From Patescibacteria group bacterium (GTDB lineage: Bacteria; Patescibacteriota; Microgenomatia; Levybacterales; UBA12049): a stretch of DNA of 64,000 nt. This document shows positions 58,253 to 64,000 of the stretch, piece by piece. The translations under genes and the position numbers were made by a program. The stretch covers positions 221,882 to 285,881 of the forward strand of contig JBBTVD010000006.1 of assembly GCA_038063415.1 (NCBI GenBank), in the 5' to 3' direction. How positions within the stretch are numbered: position 1 is the first letter of the stretch; each line of letters begins with the position of its first letter. The notes under the pieces are model-generated. The model saw nothing but the letters and a program-made list of their open reading frames with translations. It was not told where the DNA came from and ran no database searches.

Positions 58253-58659
58253 TACACTCTCCTCCTGTTCTTTGGTCGAGGTCCATTATGTGGCATCGGG
58301 GTAATATCTGCAATAGAAAGAATTGATGCACCTGCGCTTTTAATACCACGAAGGGATGAGTCACGACCTGCTCCAGGTCCTTTGACAAAAACATCAACTG
58401 TTTTAAGTCCTTTAGCAACGATTTGCTTCACAATATCCTCAACAGCCATACTTGCTGCATACGGGGTTGATTTTCGTGTTCCTTTAAATCCTTTAGCACC
58501 AGATGAACTCCAACCAAGTGTATCACCTTTATCATTGGTAACGGTGACCAACGTATTATTAAAGGTAGAAGTAATATATACACGTCCGTGATCAGTCACA
58601 TCTGCTGCATTTTTCTTCTTTGTTTTCTTTACTGCTGTTTTTTTCGTTATTTTTGCCAT
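58252..58659 (-). CDS. rpsK: 30S ribosomal protein S11
   Basis: STFNNT, GFKGTRKSTPYAA, GPGAGR, TPMPHNG. Confidence 0.98.
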   Translation of the reverse strand: MAKITKKTAVKKTKKKNAADVTDHGRVYITSTFNNTLVTVTNDKGDTLGWSSSGAKGFKGTRKSTPYAASMAVEDIVKQIVAKGLKTVDVFVKGPGAGRDSSLRGIKSAGASILSIADITPMPHNGPRPKNRRRV

Positions 58660-58672
58660 AGGTTATTTATAG

Positions 58673-59080
58673 TTACTTTCCTTTTGCTTTTTGAGCTGCT
58701 TCCATCTTTGCCATCACTTCTTTTTTGATAGCTCCGATAGTAACACGCTTACCTCGCTTGGTACGAGCATTTGACCTAGTTCTCTGACCACGACTTGGTA
58801 ACCCTCGTGTATGCCTAAGACCACGATAACTTCCGATATCTCGCAATCGTCGGACATTGGATGCAACATCTGCTTTGAGATCTCCTTCAACTTTATATGC
58901 TTCAAGAACCTTTGTGATACGCTTTACTTCGTCTTCAGTTAATGTCTTCGTACGCTTGGCTGGGTCAATCTCAGCTTTCTCAAGAACTGGAATAACATTT
59001 TTTCTTCCAATGCCATAAATATAGCTTAGTGCTATATCAATTCTCTTTTCATCTGGTATATTTACTCCAACAATACGCAT
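58673..59080 (-). CDS. rpsM: 30S ribosomal protein S13
   Basis: RIVGVNIP, IYGIG, YRGLRH..GLP.RGQRTRSNART. Confidence 0.98.
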   Translation of the reverse strand: MRIVGVNIPDEKRIDIALSYIYGIGRKNVIPVLEKAEIDPAKRTKTLTEDEVKRITKVLEAYKVEGDLKADVASNVRRLRDIGSYRGLRHTRGLPSRGQRTRSNARTKRGKRVTIGAIKKEVMAKMEAAQKAKGK

Positions 59081-59088
59081 ATCAATTT

Positions 59089-59202
59089 TTATCCCTGTCT
59101 TTGTTTATGACGAGGGTTCTCGCACGTCACTCGCACCACGCCACGGCGGCGGATAATTTTACATTTAAGGCATCGCTTTTTAACACTTGCTTGTACTTTC
59201 AT
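59089..59202 (-). CDS. rpmJ: 50S ribosomal protein L36
   Basis: Hand translation [37 protein letters not shown]; below the ORF-track length cutoff. Confidence 0.97.
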   Translation of the reverse strand: MKVQASVKKRCLKCKIIRRRGVVRVTCENPRHKQRQG

Positions 59203-59204
59203 AG

Positions 59205-59423
59205 TTACTTATATCGATAGATAATTCGGCCTCGAGCAACATCATAAGGTGTCATTTCAATACGAACCTTATCTCCAGGAAGAATTTTGATAAAATTCAC
59301 ACGCATTTTCCCGGAAAGATGACAAAGGACTAATGATCCATCAGAAAGCTCCACCCGAAAGAGCGTGTTGGGCAGCGCCGCTCTAACGACACCATCTTTT
59401 TCAAATGCTCCTTGGTGAGCCAT
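59205..59423 (-). CDS. infA: Translation initiation factor IF-1
   Basis: [37 protein letters not shown]. Confidence 0.97.
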   Translation of the reverse strand: MAHQGAFEKDGVVRAALPNTLFRVELSDGSLVLCHLSGKMRVNFIKILPGDKVRIEMTPYDVARGRIIYRYK

Positions 59424-59485
59424 TGGAGCATTATAGCAAAGCTAGCCTACATTTTCAATGCCGATTTAATCGGATTAAAAATCAG

Positions 59486-60259
59486 CTAGGTTAATAGCAT
59501 AGTTCCCTGCTTAGTTATGGCAATGGTACGCTCAAAAAGCCCGGCAAGACTAGCATCTTCACTTCGAATTGTCCACCCATCGTGGTCAAGAACGACTTCT
59601 GCTCCACCCATATTGTAAATCACTTCAACAGCAATTGTCATCCCCTCCCGTAACAGGGGAGTATTTTCAATTTTGCCAACGAGATATCCTGGAACTTCAG
59701 GCGCTTCATGCAGCTCTCGTCCCACACCATGGCCAATCAGACTTCGTACAATTGAATAGCCACCTTTTTTTTGGACAATATCTTGAATGGTCTTTGAGAT
59801 ATCTCCAATATGATTACCAATAGTAGCCACCTTTATTGCTTCATCCAAGGCCTGCTTGCCAAGATTGAGAAACTTGACGGAACTTTCTGCTGGAATAAAG
59901 CCTTCATCTGGCACGATGGTGGACTCGGACATATCGGTATGGAATCCTTTATAGTAAACACCACAGTCAATTCCAACGATGTCCCCAGGCTTAAAAGCAT
60001 AATTCCCCGGGATACCATGAACAACGACATCATTGGTTGAGATACAGATAGTATAGGTGTAGCCTTCTACCCGCTTGAACCCGGGTTCGCCTCCTTGTGC
60101 ACGGATCAATTTCTCAGCTAATTGATCAATTGCAAGCTCTGTGACACCTGGTTTTACCGCGGCAATAAGCTGTCCCATGACATTTGCTAAAATCTTTCCC
60201 CCATGATGCATGATAGCTACTTGCTCTGGTGTTTTAATAGCAATTTTTTCTCTTTTCAT
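59486..60259 (-). CDS. map: Methionine aminopeptidase type I
   Basis: CISTNDVVVHGIP, DCGV...GFHTD, GHGVG..LHEAP, AVE. Confidence 0.96.
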   Translation of the reverse strand: MKREKIAIKTPEQVAIMHHGGKILANVMGQLIAAVKPGVTELAIDQLAEKLIRAQGGEPGFKRVEGYTYTICISTNDVVVHGIPGNYAFKPGDIVGIDCGVYYKGFHTDMSESTIVPDEGFIPAESSVKFLNLGKQALDEAIKVATIGNHIGDISKTIQDIVQKKGGYSIVRSLIGHGVGRELHEAPEVPGYLVGKIENTPLLREGMTIAVEVIYNMGGAEVVLDHDGWTIRSEDASLAGLFERTIAITKQGTMLLT

Positions 60260-60260
60260 A

Positions 60261-60944
60261 TTAGTTTCTTTTCCTCCATTCAACGATAATACTTTCGACT
60301 GTTTGTTCTTCTGATAAGGTTGAATCATCAATTATAACATACCCTGCTGCAACTGGATCACTTACCAACGGATCTGTCTCTCGATGTTGATCACGATAAT
60401 CCCGTTCTTTAATATCTATAATCAACGCATCCAGCGAAACTGGCTCTCCTTGTGCTTGTAATTGAGCAAGCCGACGTTTTGCCCGAACTTCCTGACTTGC
60501 AGTAAGGAATATCTTGAGCGTTGCCTGCGGGAAAACAATGGTTCCCACGTCCCTTCCTTCAGCAATGACAATATGCCCTTGTGTTATTTGCTCATTACCA
60601 ATCCGCTGTTGCTCGGCCACCATATAGGAACGAACCTCCTTTATCGCCGCGACGACTGAGGAACCTTTGGCAGGCTCTGGTGCAGTGATGAGTTCTGTGA
60701 CGTCTTCGTCATGCAGAAAAACATGATTTCCCACAAATGTAACCGTAACGTCAGGGAGTGTCTCAATAACAGCTGCAGTATCATGCAGGTCAATTCCTTT
60801 CCGCAGACAAACTAAAGCAAGGCTCCGATACATAGATCCTGTATACAGATAGAATCCTCCAAGTCCTTTTGCGAGCAATCGTGCAATGGTTCCCTTACCT
60901 GCTGCCACAGGACCATCGATCGCAATAATGCCTCCCTTTATCAT
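60261..60944 (-). CDS. cmk: Cytidylate kinase (bacterial type)
   Basis: IAIDGPVAAGKGT, TGSMYR, EGRDVGTIVFP.A..KIFLTAS, RD..D..R..DPL. Confidence 0.94.
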   Translation of the reverse strand: MIKGGIIAIDGPVAAGKGTIARLLAKGLGGFYLYTGSMYRSLALVCLRKGIDLHDTAAVIETLPDVTVTFVGNHVFLHDEDVTELITAPEPAKGSSVVAAIKEVRSYMVAEQQRIGNEQITQGHIVIAEGRDVGTIVFPQATLKIFLTASQEVRAKRRLAQLQAQGEPVSLDALIIDIKERDYRDQHRETDPLVSDPVAAGYVIIDDSTLSEEQTVESIIVEWRKRN

Positions 60945-60946
60945 GA

Positions 60947-61492
60947 TTATTTCTTCTTCGCAATTTTCTTGAGTATTTCAGCATGAATCGTGTCAATGTC
61001 TTGTTCTCCGTCAATTTCTACTAATTGCCCTTTCTTTTTGTAATATTCAATAACTGGATCGGTAAATTCATGAAAGAGCCGAATACGTTTATGAATTGCC
61101 TTGAGTGTTTCATCCTCACGGCTTTCGTCCTCACGAAATGACAAACGCCACAGTGCTTCCTTATCCGAGACTTTTAAATACACAACCTTGTCAATCCCAT
61201 TTGCAAAGGATTCTGCCTGTGTTACTGTACGGGGGAAGCCATCAAGGATATAGCCCTTGTTGTACGTTGGACGACCGAGGTATTCTGAAACGATTTCAAG
61301 CGTCTTGTCATCAGGAATAAGATATCCAGCATTCATGGTTTCTTTGATATAGCGACCCAAAGGAGTCCTCTCTTTGGCAATGGTTCTAAAAATATGTCCT
61401 GTCGAAAGATAAGAGACATCAAGTATTTTGTGTAATAGATTCCCCTGTGTTGACTTGCCTGATCCTTGAATACCAATAAGAATAAGTTTCAT
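60947..61492 (-). CDS. adk: Adenylate kinase (short LID)
   Basis: GIQGSGKSTQ, STGHIFR, LDGFPRT..QA, REDE; follows secY. Confidence 0.93.
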   Translation of the reverse strand: MKLILIGIQGSGKSTQGNLLHKILDVSYLSTGHIFRTIAKERTPLGRYIKETMNAGYLIPDDKTLEIVSEYLGRPTYNKGYILDGFPRTVTQAESFANGIDKVVYLKVSDKEALWRLSFREDESREDETLKAIHKRIRLFHEFTDPVIEYYKKKGQLVEIDGEQDIDTIHAEILKKIAKKK

Positions 61493-61493
61493 A

Positions 61494-62795
61494 TTATTTT
61501 GTTGTTGGTGTGACAAAACTTTCATAATTCCTCATTACCAACTGTGAGGAAATCGAACGGTACGTTTCAAGCACCACGCTAACGACAATCAAAATACTTG
61601 TCCCTCCAATAAGTAAACTCTGTACACCTGTCAGTGCTCGAGCAATCTCGGGTAAGATAGCAATCAAGCCCAAGAAACAGGCACCCACTAAAGTAATACG
61701 GAGAAGAATATAGGTCAAATATTTCTCCGTGGGTTTACCAGGACGAATGCCAGGGATAAAACCACCATATTTCTGAATATCTTCAGCAATCTTTTTGGGA
61801 TTAAAGACGATGGCAGTATAGAAGAAAGTGAATCCAACAACGAGTAAGAAATAGAAAACATTATAGGCAATACCTGTTGGAGCAAACCATAGGTTTATTT
61901 GTTCAGCAATGCCTCGAGCAGCAGCGTTCTGAGAGGCAAGAAGCATATTGGCAATAAGTGAAGGAAGGAGCACGAGTGACACCGCAAAAATAATTGGAAT
62001 CACTCCAGCCTGATTAAGCCTTAATGGCAGATGGGTTGTCTGGCCTCCTCCTTGGACTTTATTTCCACGAGATCGGCGTGCATAATATACCGTAATTTTT
62101 CGAGTAGCTTCATTTACCAAGATAACGCCTGCAATAACCAAAATACCGAGTGCAGTAATGCTGGCAACGTTGATAAGATTTTGTGAGTCTGTGGTCGTGA
62201 ACGTTCTTCCAAGCAGTACGGGCAGTTGCCCGACGATACCTGCAAAAATAAGTAACGAAATCCCATTACCAACACCACGCTCGCTAATCAGTTCTCCGAG
62301 CCAAACCAGGAACATTGCCCCGGCAACCAACGTCACTATAAAGGAGATAAAACCGAGTGGAGGCAAGACAGAGATAATCTCCTGACTACGAAGTAAAGCA
62401 TACATACCCATTGCTTGCAGACACGCTAGTGGAAGGGTCAAGAGGCGAGTGTACTGCATAAATTTTTTACGACCTGCCTCACTTTCTTTTTGGAGTGCTT
62501 CAAGCTTAGGGAATACCATAGTTAAAAGTTGCATAATAATTGAGGCATTAATATATGGGTTAAGACCAAGTGCCATTATCGAAAAATTGGTCAACGTACC
62601 ACCAGAAAAAATATCAAGAAGCCCGAGGAATTGATTGCCTGCAAATAAGTTACGAAGCTGGACAAGGTCGACACCTGCTACCGGAATGTGAGCAAAAAAA
62701 CGAAAGACAAAAATGATACCAAGAGTAAAGAGGATTTTTTTTCGCACCTCAGGAGATTTGAAACTATTACGAAGGGTACTAAAAATATTGTTCAT
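61494..62795 (-). CDS. secY: Preprotein translocase SecY
   Basis: [51 protein letters not shown]. Confidence 0.98.
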   Translation of the reverse strand: MNNIFSTLRNSFKSPEVRKKILFTLGIIFVFRFFAHIPVAGVDLVQLRNLFAGNQFLGLLDIFSGGTLTNFSIMALGLNPYINASIIMQLLTMVFPKLEALQKESEAGRKKFMQYTRLLTLPLACLQAMGMYALLRSQEIISVLPPLGFISFIVTLVAGAMFLVWLGELISERGVGNGISLLIFAGIVGQLPVLLGRTFTTTDSQNLINVASITALGILVIAGVILVNEATRKITVYYARRSRGNKVQGGGQTTHLPLRLNQAGVIPIIFAVSLVLLPSLIANMLLASQNAAARGIAEQINLWFAPTGIAYNVFYFLLVVGFTFFYTAIVFNPKKIAEDIQKYGGFIPGIRPGKPTEKYLTYILLRITLVGACFLGLIAILPEIARALTGVQSLLIGGTSILIVVSVVLETYRSISSQLVMRNYESFVTPTTK

Positions 62796-62804
62796 CTTCC
62801 CTTA

Positions 62805-63242
62805 TTATTCTACACTACCACCAGCTTGTTGTATCTTTTCTGCCGCGCTTTTTGAGACTGCAACCTTAACGGTTAAGGCAATTGAGAGGTCGCCATCACC
62901 AAGAATTTTAACACCATTTTGCTTTGCCTGAGCAGCATCAACTAAATTATGGGCTACCAAGGTCTCGATGTCTACGGTTGTTTTTGCTGGAAGTTTTGCA
63001 AGAGCACTTACATTAAGGACGACTGGAGCTGGTTTCATAGGTTTATTTTTGCCTTTACCACGAAGATATGGCATGCGTTTAATAAGTGGAAGTGCTCCTC
63101 CCTCAAAATCTAACGGGACACTTGTTCGTGCTTTTTGTCCTTTTTGGCCACGTCCGGCTGTTTTACCACGACCAGATCCATGGCCTTGACCGACACGCTT
63201 TTTACTTTTTTTGACAATACTTCCAAGTGATCCTATGTTCAT
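62805..63242 (-). CDS. rplO: 50S ribosomal protein L15
   Basis: RVGQGHGSGRGKTAGRGQKGQKAR, FEGG, VKILGDG. Confidence 0.98.
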   Translation of the reverse strand: MNIGSLGSIVKKSKKRVGQGHGSGRGKTAGRGQKGQKARTSVPLDFEGGALPLIKRMPYLRGKGKNKPMKPAPVVLNVSALAKLPAKTTVDIETLVAHNLVDAAQAKQNGVKILGDGDLSIALTVKVAVSKSAAEKIQQAGGSVE

Positions 63243-63757
63243 GCTATTTTTTCACTCCTTTGCTTTTTTCGATCTACTTGATCACTTACACGCTTGAGTG
63301 CTTCAAGAGTCGCATAAATATTACTTAGTTTGTTTTCGGTACCAAGTACCTTTGAAGAGATATTTTGGATACCAGCGGCTGATACAACAGCACGAACTGC
63401 TCCACCAGCAATAATACCACTTCCTGGAGGTGCTGGCTTAAGCATCACTTTAGCTGCTCCTAGTTTGATATCAATTCGGAAAGGAATAGTACCGTGTTGC
63501 AATGGAACGACGATCAGATGTTTTTTTGCCGTACTTATCCCTTTACGAATAGCTGACGCGACATCTGGTGCTTTACCAAGTCCGACTCCTACACGACCCT
63601 TTTTGTCACCGACAACGGTCAGAGCTGAAAAACCAACTTTGTTTCCTCCCTTAGTTTTTTTGGAGACTCTGTTTACCTGCACTACTTGCTCCTCAAACTC
63701 GCTTGGTGTAGCGTCAAATCTGTTTCTTTGATTGTTTTGCATATTTCGATGATACAT
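63239..63757 (-). CDS. rpsE: 30S ribosomal protein S5
   Basis: RVSKKTKGG, VVGDKKGRVG.G.GKA, PAPPGSGIIAGG. Confidence 0.98.
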   Translation of the reverse strand: MYHRNMQNNQRNRFDATPSEFEEQVVQVNRVSKKTKGGNKVGFSALTVVGDKKGRVGVGLGKAPDVASAIRKGISTAKKHLIVVPLQHGTIPFRIDIKLGAAKVMLKPAPPGSGIIAGGAVRAVVSAAGIQNISSKVLGTENKLSNIYATLEALKRVSDQVDRKKQRSEKIA

Positions 63758-63758
63758 A

Positions 63759-64000
63759 TTAGAACTGTAACCCTCCTTCTCGTGCACCTTCGGCAAGTGC
63801 TTTTACTCGACCATGATACGCAAATCTTCCTTTATCAAAAACAACTTCCTTGATCTTTTTTTCAATTGCTAGTTTTGCTATCATTTGGCCAACTGCTTTT
63901 GCTCCATCAAGAGGAGATTTTTTCTCCTTTGTCTGAATCGTTTTTTCAGAGATACCCACAACGGTATTACCGGTAACATCAATAATTTGCGCATAACAAT
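63759..64000 (-). CDS. rplR: 50S ribosomal protein L18 (5' part outside the window)
   Basis: AKAVGQMIA, VVFDKG..AYHGRVKALAEGAREGGLQF. Confidence 0.96.
   Translation of the reverse strand, partial: CYAQIIDVTGNTVVGISEKTIQTKEKKSPLDGAKAVGQMIAKLAIEKKIKEVVFDKGRFAYHGRVKALAEGAREGGLQF

Overview
This is a chromosomal segment from a Patescibacteria (CPR) genome, most like Microgenomates. That assignment is an inference from the missing rpmD between rpsE and rplO, the class I LysRS, a protease-less Lon, an RNase Y without a membrane anchor and a CPR-type pilin. From left to right it holds: a Pro/Thr-linker surface protein missed by the ORF track; rny, a RodZ-like gene, ftsK, rnj and Lon-AAA; a decaying hicBA/IS1595 patch; the hrcA-grpE-dnaK-dnaJ operon with a CIRCE box; a pilin-fusion gene; metG, tatD and a glycosylation cluster; class I lysS fused to a B3/4 editing domain; an 8-gene diaminopimelate (DAP) lysine operon; murB; an xfp-acs-aclBA acetyl-CoA cluster; greA, vanW, tsaD and guaB; and the S9/alpha/spc ribosomal genes. 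The most striking system is at 26-37 kb. An amino-acid biosynthesis operon, unexpected in CPR, is preceded by an unannotated Lys-Lys leader peptide (MTIASVKLIGKKRFS) with complete protector, antiterminator and terminator hairpins. The operon lacks dapF, has a non-canonical decarboxylase, and sits next to a LysRS carrying an editing domain. Other highlights are palindromic repeats inserted in frame into LysRS, AclB and GrpE, and widespread leaderless promoter architecture. No tRNA, rRNA or CRISPR array was found. All calls come from reading motifs by eye; no database search was run.
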